Positions 28,034 through 41,313 of a DNA stretch of 64,000 bases are shown here, one piece after another. A model generated the notes under the pieces. The model saw only the letters and a program-made list of their open reading frames with translations, searched no databases and had not been told where the DNA came from. How positions within the stretch are numbered: position 1 is the first letter of the stretch; each line of letters opens with the position of its first letter. The position numbers were made by a program, and so were the translations under genes. This DNA comes from an uncultured Candidatus Binatia bacterium (lineage in GTDB: Bacteria > Desulfobacterota > Binatia > UBA9968 > JAJDTQ01). The DNA lies in NCBI GenBank assembly GCA_965213675.1, contig OZ243916.1:3360001-3424000 (forward strand), given 5' to 3'.

Positions 28034-29588
28034 CGTTGCGGCCTTTCCCCTGCAACTGCTGCTCCGGGACCATCCGGACTGGAAAGACCATCCCGCCGCG
28101 GTGGTGGACCGGGACAAGGCCCAGGGGACCATCCTCTGGGTAAACCGGCGGGCGCGGGCCATGTGCATCCTCCCGGGCATGAGCTATGGCGCGGGGCTCG
28201 CGCTCTCGCGTCATCTCCGGGCGGACGTCATTGCCCCCTCGGCCATCGACAAGGCCGTGGCCGGCCTGGTTCCACGCCTGCGGCGTTTCGCCGCCGAGGT
28301 GGAGCCCTCCCGGGACGAGCCCGGTGTGTTCTGGCTCGGGGCCTCGGGGCTTTCCCTGCTCCATCCCCGCCTGGAGGAATGGGCCGGGCTCATCCACGGC
28401 GACCTCGACGGCGCCGGCCTTCGCAACACCGTGGCCGTAGGGTTCTCGCGTTTCGGCAGCTATGCCGCGGCCAGATCCAGCGACCGGGTCGTGGTCTTCC
28501 GCACGCCCGAGGAAGAGCACAAACATGTCCGCGACGTCCGGATCGAAAGTCTCGACCTCGCCCCCAAGGTCCGCGACCTCCTGGCCCGTCTCGGCATCCA
28601 CACCCTGGGCGGCTTCCTGGACCTGCCCGCGTCCCAGGTGCGCTCGCGGCTGGGACGGGAAGCCCAGCGTCTCCACCGGCTGGCCGCGGGCGAACTGTGG
28701 AGCCCGCTCCATCCGGAGACGCCGTCCGAGCCCACTGCCGCGGGGGTCTTCCTGGACTACCCGGAGAGCGACCGCCAGCGCCTGGCGGTGCTCGTGGAGG
28801 AGATGCTGGAGCCTTTGCTTGAAGCGCTGGAGCAGCGCCACGAGGTAATGACCGCCCTCCTCCTCCAACTTCGCCTGGACGACAAATCGGAGAAGGCCGA
28901 GACCCTGCGGCCAGCCCGGCCCATCCTCGACCGGACGCAGATCCTGGACCTCTTGCGGCTGCGCCTGGAGGCCACGGAGCTACCGGCCGGGGTGACGGAA
29001 ATCCTCATGGAGCTCCGGGGAGCTTCGCCGGACATCCGGCAGGGAGAGCTTTTCCACGACGCCTCCGCCCGCGACCGCGACGCGGCCAACCGTGCACTGG
29101 CGCGGCTACGCGCCCGGTTCGGCGACGGCGCGCTGCTGCGGGCGCGGCCCCGTGCCGGGCATCTTCCGGAGGCGCGCTTCACCTGGGAGCCCATGGAAGA
29201 CGTGCCGGCACCGAGGCCGCGACGGGTCCGGCTACGCCCACTGGTGCGGCGTTTCTTCCCCAAGCCCCTCCGGCTCCCGAACAAGACTGCGTCAAGACTC
29301 CACATGGATACGGGAACGGCAACACCCGCATCGTCATCCCCACACCTCTCTCCGTCATCCCCGCAAAGGCGGGAATCCGTCATTCCCGCCCCCGATCGGG
29401 ATCGAGGGCAAACTTTCGCGGGAATGACGTCTTCGACCGGCCCCTACATCATCTCCGGAGGATGGTGGGGGTCCGGCGCCGGCGTGCACCGCGAGTACCA
29501 CTTCATCCGTGACGGCGAGGGCCCGTGGCTGTGGATCTACTATGACTCCAAGCGGCGCGGCTGGTTCCTGCACGGGAAGGTGGAGTAG
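28011..29588 (+). CDS. imuB: ImuB, inactive Y-family polymerase
   Basis: FPLQLL, A..I.PGM, LGIHTLG and C-terminal GGWW..REY..WFLHG. Confidence 0.85.
   Translation: MERMACVDVAAFPLQLLLRDHPDWKDHPAAVVDRDKAQGTILWVNRRARAMCILPGMSYGAGLALSRHLRADVIAPSAIDKAVAGLVPRLRRFAAEVEPSRDEPGVFWLGASGLSLLHPRLEEWAGLIHGDLDGAGLRNTVAVGFSRFGSYAAARSSDRVVVFRTPEEEHKHVRDVRIESLDLAPKVRDLLARLGIHTLGGFLDLPASQVRSRLGREAQRLHRLAAGELWSPLHPETPSEPTAAGVFLDYPESDRQRLAVLVEEMLEPLLEALEQRHEVMTALLLQLRLDDKSEKAETLRPARPILDRTQILDLLRLRLEATELPAGVTEILMELRGASPDIRQGELFHDASARDRDAANRALARLRARFGDGALLRARPRAGHLPEARFTWEPMEDVPAPRPRRVRLRPLVRRFFPKPLRLPNKTASRLHMDTGTATPASSSPHLSPSSPQRRESVIPAPDRDRGQTFAGMTSSTGPYIISGGWWGSGAGVHREYHFIRDGEGPWLWIYYDSKRRGWFLHGKVE
29353..29429. 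repeat. REP/RPE-like palindromes in frame inside imuB
   Basis: gtcatccccgcaaaggcgggaatcc followed by gtcattcccgc..gcgggaatgac. Confidence 0.7.
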
Positions 29589-29594
29589 GGAACC

Positions 29595-32750
<3,156 letters not shown>

Positions 32751-32918
32751 GACGGGCTTGGCATCGTCCACAAGCAGCCCACCAGGCAACTGCTTGTTGT
32801 TGCTATATTGCTTTCACTGCTGTCCCACAAGAATCAGGTGCCGGGTAGGGGGAGTTGAGGGTGCGTGGGAGGAGGGCAGAGGCAAGGTCCCCTGTGATGT
32901 CCGTGTGGCGGGTATTGG

Positions 32919-33143
32919 TCACGCGTACTCGTAGAGCGGCACTGTACTGGCTGGCTGATTCTGCCCCTCAAGCAGGACTTCTATCCTGCGAACCGTCTCC
33001 GGCCTTAGAAGCACGTCTCCGCACACGGCACAGACCTCGGCCGGAACATGATCGATAACGATCACTTGACCACGGTACCGTACGGTGTGCATGGCTGTCC
33101 CCGTACCGTACTCTCCTGGGCATCCTTCGATACTGCACTTCAT
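32919..33143 (-). CDS. YgiT-type zinc finger protein (MqsA-like antitoxin)
   Basis: MKCSIEGC..VPAEVCAVCGD. Confidence 0.8.
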   Translation of the reverse strand: MKCSIEGCPGEYGTGTAMHTVRYRGQVIVIDHVPAEVCAVCGDVLLRPETVRRIEVLLEGQNQPASTVPLYEYA

Positions 33144-33290
33144 GGCGATGGCCTCCTCTGCGTGGGAGTGAGCCACTTGGGCAACTTCGGTTCGTAAACT
33201 GTAATGATGATAAGGGTCGGCCGGCCTGATGTGCAAACAACATGAACGGCCCGCCCGGCTCGGGTGCGACCATAGATCAACCAACACGCT
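33140..33290 (-). pseudogene. DUF4258-like toxin, C-terminal remnant
   Basis: LIYGRT..GRAVHVV..IITVYEP..W. No N-terminus. Confidence 0.65.
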
Positions 33291-33296
33291 CCCTTC

Positions 33297-36200
33297 TCAG
33301 GAGCTGGCCGAGGATCTCTGGGCCCATGCCCACCAGCGTCGGAGGCAGTCGTTGGCGACGCCGTCGGGCAGGCTTGTGGCTGCGGGGGTGGTTTGTGCGT
33401 CGAGGCGAAGTTTGTCCTCGGTGAGGACGGGGCGGTCATCGAGGTGACCGCTTTCGGTGAGGTGATTCCGGAGCTTCTCGATGTTGCTCTTTCGGAAACC
33501 GCGCAGGCGCGGATCGTCGTTGTTGTCGAGGGCGTCCACAAGGCGCCTTGGGTCGCCGTTCAGGCCCTGCGCGATGACCGTGACGTCCTCGAGGAAGCGC
33601 TCGGTCAGGGCGTCGCTTTCCTCAAGGACGGCGCGGTCCACGGGCCGGTTCTTCCCTTGCATCCATAGCTCGCAGAAGGTCTCGAGGAGGTCCAGCCTGG
33701 CGGTGATGTCCGCCAGCGAAACCGAGCGTGAGCCCAGACGCTCGGCGAGCGGGCTGTCCACTACCGTTCGCCACTGTCCAGCCCGCTCGATCCCGTTCAA
33801 CAGAAAATCGTGCAGCAGGTCCGGGGCGTCCCACAGAAGGTAGAAGAAGTGCTGCTCCGCGTAGCCGAGTTCGGGGCGCAATGCCGGCACGTCCAGGGCC
33901 GCTCCGTATTCCTCGGACGACAGGCCGTCGGGGACGGGCACCGGCGGTCCAAGTTCGACCCGAAGCGCCCGCGCCCCACCCGCGCTGGCCGTCTGCGTGC
34001 GTATGAGGCCCAGGTCGATCCCGGCCGCAAGCTCGCACTCCTCCCGGCCGAGGGCGTCCCGGATTCGATCCACGTCCATGGGATCGCTGGTGAGATAAAA
34101 GATCTGCCGGTCCTGTTCCCGCGCCACGCGCCCGAGGCTCCGCACCACGGCTTCGAAGCGGCGGGGGTCGCTCTGATCCAGGGCTTCGTCGAGAAACAGC
34201 GGCATTGTCTTGTTCTGTTCCACCTCCTCGGCAAACGCGATGCGCGCCGCCAGCAGTAACTGCACCCGGGTCCCGTCCGACAACTCGTCGATCTCCCGCA
34301 TTTCACTGCTGCGCGCCTCGCGGGCAAAGAGCCGCGGAGAACCGTTGTCTTTGCCCAACTCCAGCTTGTAGCCGTGGTGGGTGAACGCGAAGAAATGGTC
34401 CCGCGCGCGTTCCAGCACCCGGGGCATCCGGGTATGTTCGAACTCCCGTTCCACCGCGCCGATGAGGAAGCGCCCCGCCCTGGCGTACACCGCGTCGTCG
34501 CGCAGGTCCCGCAGTTTCGCGCGCGTCTCTTCACGAACGGTGATGAGCCCCTGTGTGCCGTTGCCGTTCCTGGCCGCGTCCGTCCGCGTGGTGATTTCGG
34601 CGATCTCGTTCCGCAATTCACCGGCGCGCGCCTCCGCGCGCGACAGATCGCCCTTGAGCTGTTCGAGGGACAGGGCGTCGGCTTCGGCCAGTTTCTCCGC
34701 CCCAACCTTGGCTAGCTCCGTTTGATCCAGGCCGATCTGGCCTTCGAGTCCCGTCCTTTCGTTGACCAGGTCCCGGTAGGGCTCCAATGAATGAATCAGC
34801 GCCACAAGGCCCTTCATGTCGCCTTCGCTCAGCGACGCGTCCGCATAGATGCGCCTGACGGACTTGACCGTGGCCTCGCGGTCCACCGCGATCTCCTCGA
34901 TCTGAGCCGTCATGCTGCGCTCGTCGGAGAGCGCCTGTTCCAGCCGGGAACTCCGGTCGGCGACGTGGTGGATGCGCGCCTTGGCCGTGGCCGCATCGTC
35001 GGGCTTCGACTCGCCGTGCGCCTCCAGAATGTCGGCCAGGCTGGACAACAGGGCGGCATACTTCTCTTCGAGGCCTTCCACGCGGCCCGCCGCGGCCTCG
35101 TCGTCGCGCCGGGCCACGCGAAGGTGGTCCAGGGCGCGGGCGAAGTCCACCAGTTCCGCGTCCGGCGGAATGGTTTCCAGGCCCAGTCTTTCTCCGATTT
35201 CCTTCCTGCGGGCGTCCAGCGCGGCCTCCGGTTCGGACAGCCCCGCCAACTCGTTCTCCAGCCTCCGCCGTTGCAGGCTGCGGTCGCGCGCCTGCTCGAT
35301 GGCGGCCTCCATGTCCGCGGTCACGCGCTCCAACCTGTGCAGGTGCGACCCCACCGACGGGAGATCCCATTCATCAGGGGGGTCCAGGCCCAGTTCCTCG
35401 AAGGCGGCCTGCGCGGCCTGCCGGTCCACGTCGACATGTTGCCGGTCACCCAGCAGCAGCAACGCCAGCGTCGCGCCGATACCCAAGCCTCCCAACAACC
35501 CGGCGATGGGAACCCACATGGAGCCGCCCGGCAGACCCCCTCCCAAAAAGGATGTGACCGTACCCAACAGTATCATCACGCCGGCGAAGAGCAGCCAGCG
35601 CCAACGGCCGCGGACCCTGGACGCCACGTCCTCGGGCTCCGGCGCGCGCAACCACCCGCGCAGGGCTTCCGCCCCGGCGCGCAACCTCTCCAGGTCCCGC
35701 TCGGCTTCCTCGGGCAGTTCGAGGCGGTCGAGTTGGCGCAGCCGTTCCCGCAGCGTATGGACCTGTACCGTGTGTTCCTGGCTCGAACGCAGAAACGCGA
35801 ACAATTCGCCGTGCTCGGCCAGGGTCAGAGTGGTCTGGTCCACTAGGTGGGCGTCGTGGTCGCCGACCTCATGCAGCGCCGCGGCAAGTTTCCTTCGGGT
35901 GGCGTTCCGTTCGGTCCTGGAGGTGTCCAGCTCCAGCTCGATGCGGCTCAATTCGTCGGCATTCTCGCGCCAGGCCGCCAGACTGGACGGTTCCACCGGC
36001 TCGTCCAGGGCGGCCTGCTGCCGGGCTTCGCGCGCCTTGTGCAATTGCTGTTCCAGCGAGCGTGTCCGTTCCGCCAATGTGTCGGCCTGATGCTGGTAGC
36101 GCTCGACCTCCTCGACTTCCTTGCCGGTGAGCGTTGCCAGCGCCTCGGGCAGCGCATCGATCCGCTCCACGATCCCGGCCAGCTCCTGCCGCCGGCGCGC

Positions 36201-36827
36201 AAGTCCGATGGCGCGCTCCACCAGCACCAGCCGGCGCGCGGCGGCATCGGCCTGTTCGAGTTGTTCCTTGAGGGTTTCAAGCTCATCCGCGCGCCGTTGG
36301 AGGTCGGTCTGCTGGACCACCGCCTTCTGCACCTCGTCGGACGCGTTGTTGAAATCCCGGCGTTGCCGGCGGCCGGCCTGGCGGGACACGCCGGAAAACA
36401 GATCCGAACCGATCTTGTCCAGATCGAATCCGCCGGACATCTGCCTCCGGATCTCCGAGGCGATGTCGGCGGTGCCGTCCCGAGACGGATCGATGAGATC
36501 GCGCAGGCGCAGAAAGAAACAGCGGCGATTGTGGGACGGGGGCAGGTTCGGGGAACCGTGCGTGCCGTTCTCCCGCCGCCAGGCCGCGCGGTTTCCGTCG
36601 CGCTGGCCCCACCACAATTCCCCCTCCATTTCGAATTCGGCGTTAACCGAAGTGAGCGGAGAGGGGTAGCGGTCTTCCCAATAGACACTTTCGAGGGCGC
36701 GGCAGATGCTCGACTTGCCCACCCCGTTGGGTCCGAACACGACGTGGAAACCCGCACCCGCCGCTTCGATCTCGAAGGGTTGGTTGATGCCCGGCAGGCG
36801 GTTGATGGCGAGACGTTTGAGCTTCAT
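33297..36827 (-). CDS. YhaN/Rad50-like coiled-coil ABC ATPase
   Basis: GPNGVGKS Walker A, long coiled coil with two central hydrophobic helices, LSDGT signature and LFLDE. Confidence 0.85.
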   Translation of the reverse strand: MKLKRLAINRLPGINQPFEIEAAGAGFHVVFGPNGVGKSSICRALESVYWEDRYPSPLTSVNAEFEMEGELWWGQRDGNRAAWRRENGTHGSPNLPPSHNRRCFFLRLRDLIDPSRDGTADIASEIRRQMSGGFDLDKIGSDLFSGVSRQAGRRQRRDFNNASDEVQKAVVQQTDLQRRADELETLKEQLEQADAAARRLVLVERAIGLARRRQELAGIVERIDALPEALATLTGKEVEEVERYQHQADTLAERTRSLEQQLHKAREARQQAALDEPVEPSSLAAWRENADELSRIELELDTSRTERNATRRKLAAALHEVGDHDAHLVDQTTLTLAEHGELFAFLRSSQEHTVQVHTLRERLRQLDRLELPEEAERDLERLRAGAEALRGWLRAPEPEDVASRVRGRWRWLLFAGVMILLGTVTSFLGGGLPGGSMWVPIAGLLGGLGIGATLALLLLGDRQHVDVDRQAAQAAFEELGLDPPDEWDLPSVGSHLHRLERVTADMEAAIEQARDRSLQRRRLENELAGLSEPEAALDARRKEIGERLGLETIPPDAELVDFARALDHLRVARRDDEAAAGRVEGLEEKYAALLSSLADILEAHGESKPDDAATAKARIHHVADRSSRLEQALSDERSMTAQIEEIAVDREATVKSVRRIYADASLSEGDMKGLVALIHSLEPYRDLVNERTGLEGQIGLDQTELAKVGAEKLAEADALSLEQLKGDLSRAEARAGELRNEIAEITTRTDAARNGNGTQGLITVREETRAKLRDLRDDAVYARAGRFLIGAVEREFEHTRMPRVLERARDHFFAFTHHGYKLELGKDNGSPRLFAREARSSEMREIDELSDGTRVQLLLAARIAFAEEVEQNKTMPLFLDEALDQSDPRRFEAVVRSLGRVAREQDRQIFYLTSDPMDVDRIRDALGREECELAAGIDLGLIRTQTASAGGARALRVELGPPVPVPDGLSSEEYGAALDVPALRPELGYAEQHFFYLLWDAPDLLHDFLLNGIERAGQWRTVVDSPLAERLGSRSVSLADITARLDLLETFCELWMQGKNRPVDRAVLEESDALTERFLEDVTVIAQGLNGDPRRLVDALDNNDDPRLRGFRKSNIEKLRNHLTESGHLDDRPVLTEDKLRLDAQTTPAATSLPDGVANDCLRRWWAWAQRSSASS

Positions 36828-38167
36828 GTCGCGCTGCCTCGGTCGCGGTCGGCAAGCATGGCGTTCAGGGCTGCCTTGCCGGCCTTGAAGAGTACCTCGC
36901 GCAGGGCGTTGTCCGACAACGGGTCCACGGCGCTGCGATGTTCCTGAACGGGACCCCAGACGTCCTCCCGGGCCACTTCCGCGAGCTCCGCGCGCGCCGC
37001 CTCCAGGAACGCCCGCGAGCGCTCGTCGTCGCGCGACAGCATCAGCAGCCGTTGCGCCATCAGGGCGGCGGGATCGTCGCCGGTGGCGATTTGCGTCAGA
37101 TCCAGGCGCAACTCCATGGCGTCCACCACCTTGTTGAAGAAGACCGCGGTGCGGTCGACGACGCGGCCCATGGTGCTCCACTCGCCGCCGGCGATCCACT
37201 GCCGGATATCTTCGTAACAGCCGCTGGCCCCGGCGAGCCGCACGCGCAACCCGAGCGCCCGAGGCAGCGGGGCAACCCCGGCGAGGCGCTGAACGATGCG
37301 CTCCGCTTCGCTCAGCAGCCTGTCGCCGACGTCGTCCACGTGTTCGAGTCCGTCCACCCGGATGGTCACCTGCTCCCATCGCAGCGGCGCGAAGGGGATG
37401 AGCCCAAGTTCGATGGCGCCGTTACGGGCAATCTTCAGGAACCAGGGGCCGTGAGGTCCTGTTTCCGACGGGTCGAGTCCCACCAGCGATCCGAGATAGC
37501 CACACGGCCGGGTCCCCTTCGATGCGGTCAGTTTATCAAGGGACGGCTTGTGAATGTGGCCCAGGAGCCACGCGTCGTAGCCGGTGTCGTCCAGTTCCGT
37601 CTGCCTGACCGGCGCGTAGGAGCCACGGGTGGCGCCCAGGTCCGCGTGCAGCAGGCCGATGCGCGGCACCGGACGCGACAGCGCCGGTAACGGCCGCTTC
37701 AACAACTCCGCCACTGGACTCTGGCGCACGCGCTCCTGGCCGAACGACCAGCCCACCACCTGCACCACGGGGACCTCGCCGTCGGATATCGTCCGGGCTT
37801 CCCAGCGGCCGCCGGCGCCCAGGACCGTGAACCCGTCGATCAGGGCCGCCAGCCGCGGCAAGGCCTCGACATCGTGGTTGCCGGCCACCGCGACGACTTC
37901 GATGCCCGCGTCGATCAACCGCCGGATGCAATCTTCGAGCGGCGCCATCGCCTCGAAACGAGCGTTGGTGCTTTCCACCACGTCGCCCGCGAACAACACC
38001 GCGTCGAAGCGGTTCTCGATGGCCAGATCCACCGCGAGCCGGAGCGCGGCCGCGGGCGTAATCTCGCTTGGATTCACGCCTTGGGACTCGATCCAGTCCG
38101 GCACACCCGAGCAGGCCGTACCGAGATGGACATCGCCGATGGCGAGTATGGAAACGCCGTTACTCAT
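36824..38167 (-). CDS. YhaO/SbcD/Mre11-like metallophosphoesterase nuclease
   Basis: GDVHLG, AGD, GNHD and LGHIH. Confidence 0.88.
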   Translation of the reverse strand: MSNGVSILAIGDVHLGTACSGVPDWIESQGVNPSEITPAAALRLAVDLAIENRFDAVLFAGDVVESTNARFEAMAPLEDCIRRLIDAGIEVVAVAGNHDVEALPRLAALIDGFTVLGAGGRWEARTISDGEVPVVQVVGWSFGQERVRQSPVAELLKRPLPALSRPVPRIGLLHADLGATRGSYAPVRQTELDDTGYDAWLLGHIHKPSLDKLTASKGTRPCGYLGSLVGLDPSETGPHGPWFLKIARNGAIELGLIPFAPLRWEQVTIRVDGLEHVDDVGDRLLSEAERIVQRLAGVAPLPRALGLRVRLAGASGCYEDIRQWIAGGEWSTMGRVVDRTAVFFNKVVDAMELRLDLTQIATGDDPAALMAQRLLMLSRDDERSRAFLEAARAELAEVAREDVWGPVQEHRSAVDPLSDNALREVLFKAGKAALNAMLADRDRGSAT

Positions 38168-38363
38168 TCTTTAACCCTTGGCTGCGGCACGAATACACCC
38201 AACTGCCCTCAATTGATTATCCACGAATCGCGAATGTTCGCAAGACCAGCCATGCTTGCGGGTGCCGTCACTTCCCGCGGATTGCACCCGTCTGAGGTGG
38301 TCCCACATCGTTGGACAGGAAGGCGGCAGAAATAAGGTGTATTCCTCGCAGCGGGTCATGCCG

Positions 38364-39312
38364 CTAGGGTCCAGGGGGCCGCCGAACGGTTGCTGGTCCG
38401 CTTAACGCAGCGTCCGCCGCCAAACGCTCCTTGAGAGCCCGGAACCCGGCTTCGTCGAGCCCGGTGGCGGACTCGATCACGTCCCAGGCCACTCCGACCT
38501 TCAAAAAGCCCTCCACCGTTTCGACCCTGCCGCGTCGTATGCCCTGCCGCACACCATGTTGCACGCCCTGTTGCATCCCTTCTTCGAGCCCCTGCTCCCG
38601 GCCTTCCGCCAGAAGTTCGTGGGCATATGCCATGATGTCTCCTTCCTGAGCGCTTCCGGGCCGCTTCAGCTTCGTGGTGAAGGTGTCCCAGGTCGCGTGG
38701 TCCTGTGTTGCCAGCACATATAGAACGAATATCCCAAGTGGGCTTCCCGCGCCACCCGATCCCGGCGACGCCAGCAGCCTCGCAGCCTCTTCCAGAGCGG
38801 CTTGAGCATGCCTTCCAGCCGCGGCCATCATCAACAACTGCGCGATGCGGCCCGCCACCCCGCCTTCGACGCTTTCGGGCTCCAACTCCGTCTGGTCCAA
38901 CAGCACATGCTCGAACCGGGGCACCCACGGCCATCCCCGAACCTCCTCTCGGAACAGGTCCGCGAACTCCGTAGAATGTTGCCACCCCCGGCTCCCTTGG
39001 TACAATACCAACGGCAGGATGGGCGACAATTTCGTAAGCCCGGGCTCGTCCCGCCGTTCCGTATCCCAGATGCGGAAGCAATACTTGAGCAATCGGAACG
39101 GCATCCACGCATCGGGAGTCGATTGGTGCTCAAACAGCAGGTAGAGCCGCACCGGGCGTACATTCTCTCCATAGCCCGCCTCGAAGAGCAGATCGGTTTC
39201 GCTCTCCCGCAGGGCGTCGTCGATGAAGGTGCCGTCGATGAGCCGGAGACTGTCCCAATGGACCTTGTCTAAGAGATCCCGGGGCAGGACGGAGCGGAGC
39301 AGGCTGGCGGTT
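38364..39312 (-). pseudogene. Rpn (YhgA-like PD-(D/E)XK) gene, 5'-deleted copy
   Basis: ESETDLLF, LFEHQS, PLVLYQG and EG..G repeats. Start and first ~20 codons missing relative to 43172-44248. Confidence 0.8.
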
Positions 39313-39373
39313 CCTCGACGCAGCCTGTGTCAAGACTTCACTTGAACGGGAAACGGCACGGCCACCTCAAAGC

Positions 39374-39399
39374 GTCATTCCCGCGAAAGCGGGAATCCA
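39374..39399. repeat. REP-like palindrome
   Basis: gtcattcccgcgaaagcgggaatcca. Confidence 0.65.
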
Positions 39400-39464
39400 G
39401 GCAACCATAGTCAGCAGCGGTGTCGCTCGTTGGGGTCAGCAGGTGGAATCATGGCGTTCGCGGG

Positions 39465-39830
39465 CTATTGTCGAGCAAAGACGAACAATTCGTGCCGATA
39501 CCACAGGCGGCTGTAGACGGCGTGGTGTTGCACCACCAACCCGGCTTCGCGCGCCCGCCTGACGCCGCTTTCAAAATCGGCGTAGTGGATCCACTCGGCC
39601 GAGAACACCAAGTCGTGAATGCGGTTGGCCAAGGCTATCCACAGGGGTCTCTTGGCCATGTCTTTGCAGACGAGCAGACCGCCGGGTCGCAGGACCTCGG
39701 CGGCACGGTGCCAAACACTGTCGTGCATTTCTGGCTTCAGGTGATGCATGACGTCGATCATTGTGACGACGTCGTACAAGCCATTCCCGGAATTCTGGGC
39801 AGGCCATGCCGAGTCGGAACGCGAGAGGGG
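39465..39830 (-). pseudogene. Class I SAM methyltransferase, C-terminal fragment
   Basis: YDVVTMIDVMHH and LRPGG. The 5' part is replaced by an IS21 end. Confidence 0.65.
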
Positions 39831-39926
39831 TTGGACTCCAGTCGCTACGCGCCCTCCGTCCAACCCCTCTCGCCCGACCGGAACCAACCGAAAAACGCCA
39901 GATCTGAACTCACGCCCTTCTCGGAA

Positions 39927-39977
39927 CTGTGCAGTTTTCGATTGCCAAAAGTGCGCAGTTTTCGGTTGCCATTGACA
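39927..39977. mobile_element. Orphan IS21 terminal repeat related to element B
   Basis: gtgcagttttcgattgcca..gcagttttcggttgccattgaca. Confidence 0.75.
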
Positions 39978-40229
39978 GCAGGTCGAATCCACTTGATCCA
40001 AGTGTTGCTGGTCTTTATCTCGGTTTGCAGAAGGGTGCCGTCCTCAATCTGCTTGCTCAACTTCTTGACGTCGGCTTCGAGTTGTGTCAGGCGGGCTTCG
40101 AATCAAAGACATGATCAGGGTTACTCTCGGGCTGTACGACCGGTTGCTACACGACGCCCTGGACCCGAGCGAGCGTCACCTTCCGCGGATTGCACCTGTC
40201 CAAACCGACTGATAACGTCAGGAGCATTC

Positions 40230-41243
40230 GTGTCAAAGGGAGTGGGAATCATCGGTGACGAGAAGCTCGATTGCGACGGTCTTTCGATTGCCGTGGTGAT
40301 CCCGTGCCGGGACGAGGAGGCGGCCATCGCCGGGGTGGTGGAAGACTTCAGGGCGGCGCTCCCCAGCGCGCGCATCCATGTGTACGACAACGCATCCACC
40401 GACAACACCCGCGAGACCGCGGCCAAGGCAGGCGCGGTGGTGCGCTCCGAGCCGGCGCCCGGCAAGGGCCACGTGGTGCGGCGGATGTTCGGCGACATCG
40501 ACGCCGACATTTTCGTGCTGGTGGACGGCGACGGCACCTATCCCGCGGACCGTGCCCCGGAAATGATCGCGCGCTTGATCGATGGCCCGTTGGACATGGT
40601 CAGCGGCGCGCGGGTGCCGGCCCAAAAGGCCGCCTACCGGCCGGGTCATCGCTTGGGCAATCGGGTGATCACCGCCATGGTGGGCGTGATCTTCGGCCAG
40701 CGGTTCTCCGACATCCTGTCGGGCTATCGGGTCCTGTCCCGTCGTTTCGTCAAGTCCTTCCCGGCGCTTTCCAAAGGGTTCGAGATCGAGACCGAAATCA
40801 CCGTGCACGCGCTTGAGATGCGGTTGCCCAGCGCCGAGATGGAGATCCCGTATTTCGAACGGCCTCAAGGTTCGCCCAGCAAGCTCAGAACGATTCGCGA
40901 CGGGCTCTCCATTTTCAAGACCATCTTCATGCTGATCAAGGAGGAGCGGCCGCTGGAGCTGTTCTTCTCCGTGTTCATCCTGTTGGAGCTGGCCGCCGTC
41001 CTCCTCGCCTGGCCCCTACTCACGGAGTATCTTGAAACCGGCCTGGTGCCGCGCATCCCCACGGCCGTGCTCTCCACCGGCTTGGCGCTGCTGGGTTTTC
41101 TGAGCTTGGCATGCAGCCTCATCCTCGACACCGTCACCCTCGGACGCCGGGAGATCAAGCGCCTGCACTATCTCGCCCAGCCGGGCCTGCCGTCTCCGCG
41201 GCGCGCGTCGCCCGATGCCCCTGACGTTCCCCGGGCTTCGTAA
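40230..41243 (+). CDS. GT2 polyprenol-phosphate glycosyltransferase (GtrB/DPM1-like) with two C-terminal TMs
   Basis: VIPC.DE, DNASTD, GKG, VDGD, SGYR, FEIETE and SKL. AGGAG before GTG. Confidence 0.88.
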   Translation: MSKGVGIIGDEKLDCDGLSIAVVIPCRDEEAAIAGVVEDFRAALPSARIHVYDNASTDNTRETAAKAGAVVRSEPAPGKGHVVRRMFGDIDADIFVLVDGDGTYPADRAPEMIARLIDGPLDMVSGARVPAQKAAYRPGHRLGNRVITAMVGVIFGQRFSDILSGYRVLSRRFVKSFPALSKGFEIETEITVHALEMRLPSAEMEIPYFERPQGSPSKLRTIRDGLSIFKTIFMLIKEERPLELFFSVFILLELAAVLLAWPLLTEYLETGLVPRIPTAVLSTGLALLGFLSLACSLILDTVTLGRREIKRLHYLAQPGLPSPRRASPDAPDVPRAS

Positions 41244-41313
41244 ACCCGTACGTCACGGGTCCGGCAAGGCGTGGGTGTCGCACGGCATCCCCGACCCCGA
41301 CATGGATCCATAG

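Noticed and set aside
36828-37379. N-terminal extension of the 1360-aa ORF
   Set aside because: It overlaps the nuclease gene in another frame. The ATPase starts at MKLKRL (36827) with an ATGA overlap.
39420-40229. N-terminal 270 aa of the 607-aa ORF
   Set aside because: It runs antisense through the methyltransferase fragment and IS21 end. The GT2 has its own RBS and GTG at 40230.
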